DNA of 64,000 bases from an uncultured Gemmatimonadaceae bacterium (GTDB lineage: Bacteria; Gemmatimonadota; Gemmatimonadetes; Gemmatimonadales; GWC2-71-9): contig CAZWXD010000015.1 in the NCBI GenBank assembly GCA_964638035.1, positions 12,289-76,288 on the forward strand. The letters are read 5' to 3'. Made by a program: the position numbers and the translations under genes. Shown in pieces: positions 45,961 to 54,013 of this stretch; position 1 is the stretch's first letter; every line of letters begins with the position of its first letter. The notes below the pieces were generated by a model that saw only the letters and a list, made by a program, of their open reading frames with translations, did no database searches and was not told where the DNA came from.

Positions 45961-48939
45961 CTAGTGCTCCTCCGCCGCCGGCGCATGGGCCGCGGGCTCC
46001 CGCTGCAGGACCTTGGCCAGGTAGGTGATGGCCGGCCGCACGTTGATGTCCTCGAGGATGTGGTACCCCCGATGGTCGCCACTCCGCTCCACCACGGCGC
46101 TCCCCGGGTCGTGGAGGTCGCCGAAGGTGATGGCGCCGGACCCGCAGGCCTGCTGGCAGGCGGTCCGCACGTCACCATCCCGGAGCTCGCGATCCTCCAG
46201 CCGGGCCCGGTGCTCGGTGTTCCGGATGCGCTGCACGCAGAAGGTGCACTTCTCCATGACCCCGCGCGCCCGCACCACGACCTCGGGGTTGAGCTGCAGG
46301 TTGAGCGGCTCGACGAACACCTTCTTCGAGTAGTGCAGCCAGTTGAAGTAGCGCACCTTGTAGGGGCAGTTGTTGGCGCAGTACCGGGTGCCCACGCAGC
46401 GGTTGTACACCTGGCCGTTGAGCCCGTCCGGGGTGTGGTACGCCGCATACACGGGGCACACCGTCTCGCAGGGCGCGTTGTCGCAGTGCTGGCACAGCAT
46501 GGGGACGAACCGCGCCTCGACCGGCTCCCCGTCCGTGCCCCCCTCCCAGTACCGCTCCACCCGCATCCAGGTCATCTCGCGCCCGCGGAGGATCTCGTGC
46601 TCACCCACCCACGGGATGTTGTTCTCGGCGTAGCACGCCGTGATGCAGGCCGAGCACCCGGTGCAGCGCGACAGGTCCACCGCCATGCCCCACATGGCAT
46701 GCTCGCCCTTGTAGTCGCCCAGCCGCCGCCCCTGCCCGTCCTCGCGGCCCACGGTCTCCTCGCGCCAGCCCTGGATCGCCTCCAGCTCGCGCGGCGTGTT
46801 GATCTCATGCGGCGGATGCCCGGCGGCCCGGGCCGACTGCAGGAGCGTCATGCCCTGGAGGGCGTGCGCTACCGGCATCGCCTGGGCAATGCCGCGCCCG
46901 AGCTGCCGGGTGTGGCCCTCGGACTTGGCCACCTTCTGGTACTCGCGGGTGCGCTCGACCTGCACCTTCACCGAGGCGTACTGCAGGAAGGTGCCGGTGG
47001 TGGGGCCGAGGAGGTCGAGGTAGTTCACCCCGCGACCCTTCGCATAGTCGCCGAGCTCGGTGTGGCCCAGGCCCAGTGGCATCGCCACCACCCCGGGCTT
47101 GAGGCCGGGATAGATGTAGGCGGGCGCGGACACGCTGCCGTGCGCCGACGTCAGCTTGACCACCTCGCCCTCGCGCACGTTGAGCTGGGCGGCGGTGTCA
47201 GGGTGCATCTCCACCCACGATTGCCAGCTGATCTTCGTGACCGGGTCGGGCACCTCGGCCAGCCAGGGCCGGTTGGCGCCGCTCCCATCACTGTAGTGCG
47301 AGCTGGCGTAGGGCAGGAGCGTGAACTCACCGGGCCCCTCGAAGGCCGGGACCGCCGGGTTGACCGACGCGTTGGCGACGGACACGACGTAGGACGGCGC
47401 CTCCGCGTACTCACCACCCCGCTGCAGGGCATCACGCCAGGCGGCCTCGCCGCCACCGCGCGCCTGCCACACCGTGCGAACGTGCTCCTCCCAGCTGGCG
47501 GCGTTGAACTTCGCCAGCGGGCCGCCAACCTTCTGCGCCACCTTGAGGAGGACATCCCCGGTGGCCATGGTGTTGAACACCGGCGTCATCACCGGCTGCA
47601 TCAGGCCCCAGACGCCCGCGCGGGGATTCAGGTCATCCCAGCGCTCCAGCGCATGGTGGCCCGGCAGGAGCAGGTCGCACTGCGCCGCCGTCTCGTCGAA
47701 GTAGAGGGTCGTCGAGACCTTGAAGGGCACCTTGGCCAGGGCCTCGACGAAGCGGTTCTGCTGCGGCAGGGTGTAGGCCGGGTTCGACTCATGCACCAGG
47801 AGGACCTGGATGTCGCCCCGTCCCATGGCCCCGGCCAGCTGGATGACCGCCCCAAGGCCGTCGCCGTGGTCAAGGTCGGCGCCGAACCGGACCGTCCGGC
47901 CGATGTTGCCGGCCGCCTGGTTGAGCAGGTTCACCGCGGCGCAGAGCTCCACGGCGTTGGCATACTGGGCGCCGATGCCGCCGGCCACTGCCAGGCCAGG
48001 CGACGCCGCCGCGAACTCCTTCGCGATGCGGACCAGCACCTCGGCGGGGACGCCGGACGCCGCCGCCGCCGACTCGATGGTGGCTGCAGCGTTGCCGGTC
48101 GGGGCGATGGCGTTGGCCAGGGCGAGCGCCACCAGCGCCTCGGAGCCGGGGTTCACCGCATGCCAGTCGTCGGCGTTCAGGCCGGTGAGCGAGGCGCGAG
48201 GACCGAAGTAGACGAACCGGGCCGGCTGGCGCCCCGGGCTGAACCCGTGCGCCTCGGCAAAGCCCCGCTCGTACTCGGCCGACGAACCCCAGGTCTCGAG
48301 AAAGTCCGCGCCAAACGAGATGATGTACTTCGCCTGGCTGAAGTCGCAGGCAGGAACCTCGTCGCGCCCGAAGACCCGCTGGTTGGCCTCGCGCACCGGC
48401 TCCAGGTCGAACGGACGGTACCGCACCACCCGGCCACCCTGCGCCGCCATGACGTCACCCAGGAAGGTGTCGAACGTCCCCCGGCCGGCCCCCGAGAGAG
48501 CGGCCACCCTTCCACCCGCCGCCCCGAGCTTCGTGGCGAGCAGCGCGACGGCGTCATCCCACGAGATGTCCTTCCAGGCGCCTGCCTCCTTCACCATCGG
48601 CCCCTTCACCCGGCCCGGGTTGTACAGGCCCTGCAGGGCTGCCTGGCCCCGGGAGCAGAGGGCGCCGCGGTTCACCGGGTGTTCCGGGTTCCCGTCGAGC
48701 TTGATGGCCCGTCCCTCGCGCGTCTTCACGTGCACGCCGCAACCCGCGCTGCACTCGGTGCAGGTGCTGGCGTAGTACGTGGGAATGCCCGGCACCTGGT
48801 CCTCGGACTGCACCAGGTAGGGGATCAGCTTCTCCACTCGCTCCGTGCTGCAACCGGACAGCGCCGCGGCACCGGCACTGGTCGTGCCGAGCACCGTGAG
48901 GAACCGGCGGCGGGAGACGGGCGAGGTTTCGTCGGACAT
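45961..48939 (-). CDS. actB: Alternative complex III subunit ActB (fused molybdopterin-oxidoreductase-like and 4Fe-4S ferredoxin-like domains)
   Basis: 992 aa with the Tat signal SRRRFLTVLGTTSAGAAALSGC. The cluster motifs are CTGCSACITAC, CQHCDNAPCETVCP, CVGTRYCANNCP and CTFCVQR. Confidence 0.9.
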   Translation of the reverse strand: MSDETSPVSRRRFLTVLGTTSAGAAALSGCSTERVEKLIPYLVQSEDQVPGIPTYYASTCTECSAGCGVHVKTREGRAIKLDGNPEHPVNRGALCSRGQAALQGLYNPGRVKGPMVKEAGAWKDISWDDAVALLATKLGAAGGRVAALSGAGRGTFDTFLGDVMAAQGGRVVRYRPFDLEPVREANQRVFGRDEVPACDFSQAKYIISFGADFLETWGSSAEYERGFAEAHGFSPGRQPARFVYFGPRASLTGLNADDWHAVNPGSEALVALALANAIAPTGNAAATIESAAAASGVPAEVLVRIAKEFAAASPGLAVAGGIGAQYANAVELCAAVNLLNQAAGNIGRTVRFGADLDHGDGLGAVIQLAGAMGRGDIQVLLVHESNPAYTLPQQNRFVEALAKVPFKVSTTLYFDETAAQCDLLLPGHHALERWDDLNPRAGVWGLMQPVMTPVFNTMATGDVLLKVAQKVGGPLAKFNAASWEEHVRTVWQARGGGEAAWRDALQRGGEYAEAPSYVVSVANASVNPAVPAFEGPGEFTLLPYASSHYSDGSGANRPWLAEVPDPVTKISWQSWVEMHPDTAAQLNVREGEVVKLTSAHGSVSAPAYIYPGLKPGVVAMPLGLGHTELGDYAKGRGVNYLDLLGPTTGTFLQYASVKVQVERTREYQKVAKSEGHTRQLGRGIAQAMPVAHALQGMTLLQSARAAGHPPHEINTPRELEAIQGWREETVGREDGQGRRLGDYKGEHAMWGMAVDLSRCTGCSACITACYAENNIPWVGEHEILRGREMTWMRVERYWEGGTDGEPVEARFVPMLCQHCDNAPCETVCPVYAAYHTPDGLNGQVYNRCVGTRYCANNCPYKVRYFNWLHYSKKVFVEPLNLQLNPEVVVRARGVMEKCTFCVQRIRNTEHRARLEDRELRDGDVRTACQQACGSGAITFGDLHDPGSAVVERSGDHRGYHILEDINVRPAITYLAKVLQREPAAHAPAAEEH

Positions 48940-48956
48940 GTGGGACTCCGAGTTCA

Positions 48957-49097
48957 GGACGTCAAGGCGTCAAGGCGTCAAGGCGTCAAGGCGTCAAGGC
49001 GTCAAGGCGTCAAGGCGTCACGATACTGGGTTCTCGTACGGACGCAAACCGCGCCCCCTCTTCGCCCTGACGTCCTGACGTCCTGACGTCCTGACGC
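48957..49097. repeat. Second copy of the 8-bp-unit palindromic element, in the actA-actB intercistronic spacer
   Basis: The + strand reads GGACGTCA then (AGGCGTCA)x7 (48957..49020). A 45-bp spacer containing CGCAAACCGCG (49043..49053) follows. Then come (CCTGACGT)x3 and CCTGACGC (49066..49097), ending at the actA stop codon. Confidence 0.9.
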
Positions 49098-49688
49098 CTA
49101 GTGATGGCAGATCGTGCAATCGCGCTTGACGCCACGGGCGAGGTGGCAGTTGATGCACCACCCCATGTTGTTGACGTTGTTGACCTTGAACACCTGGGGC
49201 ATGCGGGCCACGTCGCCGTGACAGGCGGCGCAGGCGGTCGGGCCCATCGCCTTCACGTGGTTCTGGTGCGGGAAGTGAACGTGGCGGGCAACGAAGTGCA
49301 CCCGGACCCACTCGATCGGCGCCTTCTTGCCCCACGCGTCCCGCACCTTGCGGATCTCGTTCTGGTTGGCACTGTCCGAGCCGCTCACCACCAGGTGGCA
49401 CCCCATGCAGGTCTGCATCGAGGGGACGCCGGGCTCGGTGGAGACGGAGGCGGAGTAATGGCAGTATTGGCAGGAGATCTGGTACTGACCGGCGTGGATG
49501 TCGTGCCGGAAGAAGACCGGTTGGCGTGGGCCGGGCAACGTCGCCGTATCGCCGGCAGCGAGGACCACGCTGGTGGGCGGCTTGGGAGGGCCGGCCTGCT
49601 GGGCACTCGAGGGACGGTCAAGGACAACGGCGAGCGTCACGACCGCGGCACCCGCTCCGATGGCCAACCACGCCGACTTCCGCATCAT
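49098..49688 (-). CDS. actA: Alternative complex III subunit ActA (penta-haem cytochrome c)
   Basis: The start is at the ATG at 49688 (MMRKSAWLAIGAGAAVVTLAVVL anchor). Five CxxCH motifs are present: CQYCH, CMGCH, CAACH, CINCH and CTICH. Confidence 0.9.
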   Translation of the reverse strand: MMRKSAWLAIGAGAAVVTLAVVLDRPSSAQQAGPPKPPTSVVLAAGDTATLPGPRQPVFFRHDIHAGQYQISCQYCHYSASVSTEPGVPSMQTCMGCHLVVSGSDSANQNEIRKVRDAWGKKAPIEWVRVHFVARHVHFPHQNHVKAMGPTACAACHGDVARMPQVFKVNNVNNMGWCINCHLARGVKRDCTICHH

Positions 49689-49894
49689 TCGATTCCACCG
49701 AACGTAGGGAGAACCGGCCACGCCCCAAGGGGCATGGCGGGGACACATCAGCTTGTGATTTTCTTCACTTGGCCCGGCCCGGAAAATCTCGGCCAGCGGG
49801 GCGTAAAGTACAGTCCGGTCACGCGATTACACAACTCCGGCCGCCCGGTCCTGCAGGCAGGGGCCCGGCAGCAAGGGCTTGATTTCCCGTAGAA

Positions 49895-50677
49895 CTACGT
49901 ATCCCCGCCCGGGCCCCCGGATCCCTCCCGGAGCATGCCCTGGCGACGGAGGTAATGCCGGACCTCGATGCCCATCGCCCGCAGGAGCTTTGCCTCCCGC
50001 TGGTCGAGCCCCGCGCGGAAGACAACTTCCCGGAAGGAGCGAAGGACGTTGTCGCGCTGCCGGGTCTTGAAGAACTCGATGGCGTCGAGTGTGCGCTCCC
50101 AGTCGGCGAAGAGCAGCTCCTGTTCCTCCATGGTCACCGCCGGGGCCTGCCGCCGCGGGCGCTTGAAGGGTTGCCGGTTGCCACCCTGGGCCACCCAGAG
50201 TTCGTACGCCATCACGGCAATCGCCTGCGCCAGGTTGAGCGAGGTGTAGCTCGGGTCGGTGGCGATGGTGATCAGCGTCTGGCAGGCGTCCAGTTCATCA
50301 TTGGTGAGCCCGTGGGCCTCCCGTCCCGCCACCAGGGCCACCCGCCCCTCGCTTGCGTGCGACAGCAGGTCATCGGCCGCGTCCCGGGGCCGCAGGATCC
50401 GCCGCTTCGCTGCCCGTTCCCGGCCGGTCAGCACGCCCGCGTAGACGCAGTCGGCCAGCGCAGCGGCCAGGGTGTCGAAGGTGCGGATGCGGCTGATGAA
50501 CTCCCCGGTATTGTGCGCCACGCCCTCGATGCGGTAGGCATCGAGTTCCACTTCCGGTTGCACCACGCGCATCTCGGGGATGCCGAAGTTGCGGCAGATC
50601 CGCACCGCCGAACCCACATTGACGATGTCCTGCGGGGCGACGAGGACGAGGGTGACACGGGTCAATGGGGACGTCAT
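49895..50677 (-). CDS. SpoU/TrmH-family RNA 2'-O-methyltransferase (TrmJ-like group)
   Basis: 260 aa with the motifs VLVAPQDIVNVGSAVRICRNFG, ALVAGREAHGLTNDEL and SLNLAQAIAVMAYE (SPOUT knot motifs). Confidence 0.8.
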   Translation of the reverse strand: MTSPLTRVTLVLVAPQDIVNVGSAVRICRNFGIPEMRVVQPEVELDAYRIEGVAHNTGEFISRIRTFDTLAAALADCVYAGVLTGRERAAKRRILRPRDAADDLLSHASEGRVALVAGREAHGLTNDELDACQTLITIATDPSYTSLNLAQAIAVMAYELWVAQGGNRQPFKRPRRQAPAVTMEEQELLFADWERTLDAIEFFKTRQRDNVLRSFREVVFRAGLDQREAKLLRAMGIEVRHYLRRQGMLREGSGGPGGDT

Positions 50678-50701
50678 GGCGCCTTGACGTCATGACGCCT
50701 G
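50670..50701. repeat. Degenerate octamer-unit echo spanning a gene junction
   Basis: GACGTCAT GGCGCCTT GACGTCAT GACGCCTG has an 8-nt register, with units related to GACGTCAA/GGCGTCAA of the 48957 array. It covers the dehydrogenase stop and the methyltransferase start (ATGA at 50674..50677). Confidence 0.3.
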
Positions 50702-51600
50702 ATCTCCACCCCCGCCTCCTGCTCCAGCAGGCGGATCGCCTCCAGGTAGTCCGCGCTTTCGCCCAGGACCTCGCGGGCCCCACCGAACAGGTGCCAGGCC
50801 TCACGGGTGAGGTCGGCAGGCACGCCCTGCTGGTCCATGAGTCCCACCGCGATGCCCACGTCCTTGTGCAGCAACGCCAGCCGGAAGGTGTTGGGAAAGA
50901 GGCCGGTGAGCACCCGGTCGGGGATGAGGGACTCGCTGACGAACGACCGCCCGCTCGACGTATTGAGGACCTCGAGGGCCGCCGTCGCCGGGATGCCCGC
51001 CTTCACCAGCGCCGCCAGTCCCTCACCCACGGCCAGGATGTTCACCGCCAGCAGGGCATTGTTGACCGCCTTCATGGCGTGCCCGGTGCCGACCGGCCCC
51101 ATGTGCACGATGCGCGAACCGAAGGCCGCGAGCACGGGACGCACACGTGCCAGCAACGCAGCATCGCCGCCCACCATGACCGTCAGCGTGCCCGCCTCCG
51201 CGCCGCTGGTCCCGCCACTCACCGGGGCGTCGAGGAAGCCGGCGCCGCCCGCCTCCACCTTGCCGGCAATGCGCACACTGGTACCGGGATCGCCCGAGGT
51301 GCAATCCACCAGCACGGCGCCGGGCGCAAGCCCCGCCAGGACCCCGTCAGGGCCGCCGAGGAGCTTCTCGACCTCGGCCGACGTGGGGAGGCAGGTGATC
51401 ACGACACCGGCGCCAGCAACCGCCTGGGCCGGCGACGCCGCCGCACTGGCGCCTGCGGCCGGGGCAAGGGCCTCGGCCACACTGCGGGTCCTGTTCCACA
51501 CCGTCAGCGGGAACTCACGAGCGATTCGGGCGGCCATGGGCCGCCCGATCGCTCCGAGGCCGAGGAAGGCGACCTGCTCAGTCGTCGCCGGCATCATCAC
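50674..51600 (-). CDS. NAD(P)-dependent beta-hydroxyacid dehydrogenase (3-hydroxyisobutyrate dehydrogenase family)
   Basis: 308 aa with the motifs VAFLGLGAIGRPMAARIA (GxGxxG), DAPVSGG and AMKAVNNAL. Confidence 0.85.
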   Translation of the reverse strand: MMMPATTEQVAFLGLGAIGRPMAARIAREFPLTVWNRTRSVAEALAPAAGASAAASPAQAVAGAGVVITCLPTSAEVEKLLGGPDGVLAGLAPGAVLVDCTSGDPGTSVRIAGKVEAGGAGFLDAPVSGGTSGAEAGTLTVMVGGDAALLARVRPVLAAFGSRIVHMGPVGTGHAMKAVNNALLAVNILAVGEGLAALVKAGIPATAALEVLNTSSGRSFVSESLIPDRVLTGLFPNTFRLALLHKDVGIAVGLMDQQGVPADLTREAWHLFGGAREVLGESADYLEAIRLLEQEAGVEIRRHDVKAP

Positions 51601-52090
51601 CTTTCCCGCGGCCGCCGAGCTCGCGGTCGAGCAGGAGGAGGGCTGGCCCGTCGTTCCCCACGATCTTGAGCTGCTCCACGATCAGCTCGGCGGTCTTCTC
51701 CTCCTCCACCTGCTCATTCACGAACCAGTCGAGGAAGACCCGGGCCGGGTAGTCCTTGAGGTCGAGCGAGAGGGCGTAGAGGTCGTGGATGCTCTTCGTC
51801 ACCGCGCGCTCATGCCCCAGCGCCTGCTCGAACACCGAGAGCGGTGACTCGAACGCGACAGGTGGCTGCTGGATCCCCGGCATCTTCACCGTGCCACCCC
51901 GGTCCAGGATGTGGTCGAAGATCTTCATCCCGTGCACGTGCTCCTCCCCCGCCTGGGCCCGCATCCACGCCGCGAGCCCCGGCAGGTTGTGCGACTCGAA
52001 GTGGGCGGACATCGAGAGGTAGACGAACGAGGAGTACAGCTCGTTCCGGATCTGTTCGTTGAGCGCGTCCTGCATGCGTTGGCTGATCAT
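51578..52090 (-). CDS. Ferritin (non-haem, Ftn type)
   Basis: 170 aa. The ferroxidase-centre residues lie in LNEQIRNELYSSFVYLSMS, EEHVHGMKIFDHI and ALGHERAVT. An acidic C-terminal tail follows. Confidence 0.9.
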   Translation of the reverse strand: MISQRMQDALNEQIRNELYSSFVYLSMSAHFESHNLPGLAAWMRAQAGEEHVHGMKIFDHILDRGGTVKMPGIQQPPVAFESPLSVFEQALGHERAVTKSIHDLYALSLDLKDYPARVFLDWFVNEQVEEEKTAELIVEQLKIVGNDGPALLLLDRELGGRGKGDDAGDD

Positions 52091-52158
52091 GGGGCCCCGG
52101 CAGGTGGTGTGTGGTGTCGGGCGGCGCGGCCGCCTTCCCGAATATAGGTTCCCGAACC

Positions 52159-52935
52159 ATGTCCCACACCGTCCGCCGCCTGCTCCCCGCGCTGCTTGGG
52201 GCCACGCTCGTGCTGTTCATCATCGGACCGCTGGTGCGGCTCCTCCTGGCGGCGACGCCCGCCGGCCTGGCGGAGGCGCTGCGCGATGCCGAGGTGCAGG
52301 GCGCGATCGCCCTGACGGTGGGCTGTGCCACGGTCGCCACGCTGCTCGCCGCCCTGCTGGGCGGGCCGCTGGGTTACCTGCTGGCTCGCCATCGCTTCCC
52401 GGGTCGCCGCCTGCTGCAGGGGCTGGTGGACCTCCCCGTCGTGATTCCCCATCCGGTGGTGGGCATCGCCCTCATCCTCTTCCTGGGCCGGCACTCCGCC
52501 GTGGGCGGCGCGCTGGCACGGGTGGGGCTCGAGTTCGTGAGCCACGTGCCCGGCATCGTTGCCGCCATGCTGTTCGTCTCGGCCCCCATCCTGGTGAGCG
52601 GCGCCCGCGAGGCCTTCGCCGCCGTGGATCCCAAGCTCGAGCAGGTGGCGCGTTCGCTGGGCGACACGCACTGGCAGGCCTTCCGCCGGGTCACCCTTCC
52701 GCTCTCGGGCCGTGGCATCCTCGCGGCGGCCATCCTGTCGTGGGCCCGCGCGGTGAGCGAGTTCGGGTCCATCGTCATCCTCACGTACAACCCCAAGGTC
52801 GCCAGCGTCCTCATCTTCGATCGCTTCACCGCGTTCGGGCTCCCGGCCGCGATCCCGGTGGCCGTGCTGCTCCTCCTCGTGGCGCTTGTCGTCTTCGTGG
52901 CCGTGCGGCTGGTCGAGCCGGATGGTGCGCCGTGA
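52159..52935 (+). CDS. ABC transporter permease, ModB/WtpB/CysTW family (oxyanion type)
   Basis: The start is at the ATG at 52159 (MSHTVRRLLPALLGATLVLF). The EAA-loop region is VARSLGDTHWQAFRRVTLPLSGRGILAAAILSWARAVSEFGSIVIL. Confidence 0.85.
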   Translation: MSHTVRRLLPALLGATLVLFIIGPLVRLLLAATPAGLAEALRDAEVQGAIALTVGCATVATLLAALLGGPLGYLLARHRFPGRRLLQGLVDLPVVIPHPVVGIALILFLGRHSAVGGALARVGLEFVSHVPGIVAAMLFVSAPILVSGAREAFAAVDPKLEQVARSLGDTHWQAFRRVTLPLSGRGILAAAILSWARAVSEFGSIVILTYNPKVASVLIFDRFTAFGLPAAIPVAVLLLLVALVVFVAVRLVEPDGAP

Positions 52936-53990
52936 TCCGGGTCGAGGGGCTGGGCGTGCAGGTGGGGAGCTTCGCCCTGCGCGACGTCACCCTCGAGGTT
53001 CCCGCTGGGGGGTATGCCCTCGTGATCGGCCCCACCGGGTGTGGCAAGACCACCCTGCTGGACGCCGTGGCCGGCCACGCCCGCGTGCAGGCAGGCCACG
53101 TGTGGGTGAACGGCCGGGACGTGACGCGCCTGGCCCCTGAACGCCGCGCGCTCGGGATTGTCTACCAGCACTACCACCTGTTTCCCCACCTGTCGGTGCG
53201 GGCCAACATCGCCTACGGCCTGCGCGGGCGCCCGGGAGGCGGCACGGCGCACCGGGTGGATGACCTGGCAGCCCTGCTGGGCGTGACCGCCCTCCTCGAC
53301 CGCCCGGTGCGGGGCTTGAGCGGTGGCGAGCAGCAACGGGTGGCACTCGCGCGGGCCCTGGCGCCGCGCCCGCAGGTGCTGCTGCTGGACGAGCCGTTCG
53401 CGGCGGTGGATCCCGCCACGCGCACGCTGCTCCGCCGGGAGCTGCGCGCGCTGCACGCGGCCGAGGGCATCACCACCCTCCAGGTCACGCACGACTTCGA
53501 TGACGCCCTTCGCCTGGGCGACCTGGTGGCCGTCATGGCCGATGGGCAGGTGCTGCAGCAGGGCCGGCCCGAGGAAGTCTTCCGCCAGCCCAACTCGGCG
53601 TTCGTGGCACGGTTCATCGGGACGGGCAACGTGATTGCGGGGACCGTGGAGCGGGCCTCGAGCCGTGACGGCCATGGGTCATTCGAGGCGCGGTTCCGGG
53701 CCGGAAGGCTGGACCTCGTGGTGATCACCGACCGCACCGGGGCGGTGCATGCCGTGATCCGTCCCGAAGACCTGCTGGTGAGCAATGCCCCCCTGCCCCC
53801 GTCGGTGCGGAACTGCCTGCAGGCACGGGTGGCAAGGGTGGAGCAGGCTGGCGCGATTTCGCACGTGGTGCTCGACGCCGGCGCGGAGCTGGTGGCAGCA
53901 GTGACCGGCGCCACGGTGTGTGAGCTCGGGCTCCGGCCCGGCGCGCAGGTCTGGGTAGGTTTGAAGGCAACCGCGGTCCATGTCGTGTGA
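52932..53990 (+). CDS. ABC transporter ATP-binding protein with a C-terminal TOBE/Mop-like domain
   Basis: The GTG at 52932 overlaps the permease stop as GTGA. The motifs are GPTGCGKTT, LSGGEQQRVALARAL and LLLDEPF. The C-terminal beta-rich region NCLQARVARVEQAGAISHVVLD...VWVGLKATAVHV is like ModC/CysA TOBE. Confidence 0.88.
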   Translation: MIRVEGLGVQVGSFALRDVTLEVPAGGYALVIGPTGCGKTTLLDAVAGHARVQAGHVWVNGRDVTRLAPERRALGIVYQHYHLFPHLSVRANIAYGLRGRPGGGTAHRVDDLAALLGVTALLDRPVRGLSGGEQQRVALARALAPRPQVLLLDEPFAAVDPATRTLLRRELRALHAAEGITTLQVTHDFDDALRLGDLVAVMADGQVLQQGRPEEVFRQPNSAFVARFIGTGNVIAGTVERASSRDGHGSFEARFRAGRLDLVVITDRTGAVHAVIRPEDLLVSNAPLPPSVRNCLQARVARVEQAGAISHVVLDAGAELVAAVTGATVCELGLRPGAQVWVGLKATAVHVV

Positions 53991-54013
53991 GGGTTCTGCA
54001 AGAAGGAGGTGCC

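Noticed and set aside
45103-49086. 1327-aa + strand ORF, the longest in the track
   Set aside because: It is antisense to actC and actB, which have unmistakable NrfD, Tat and Fe-S motifs. Its translation is R/G/H/P/V-rich low-complexity sequence with no motif. Such ORFs are typical artefacts in DNA of very high GC content.
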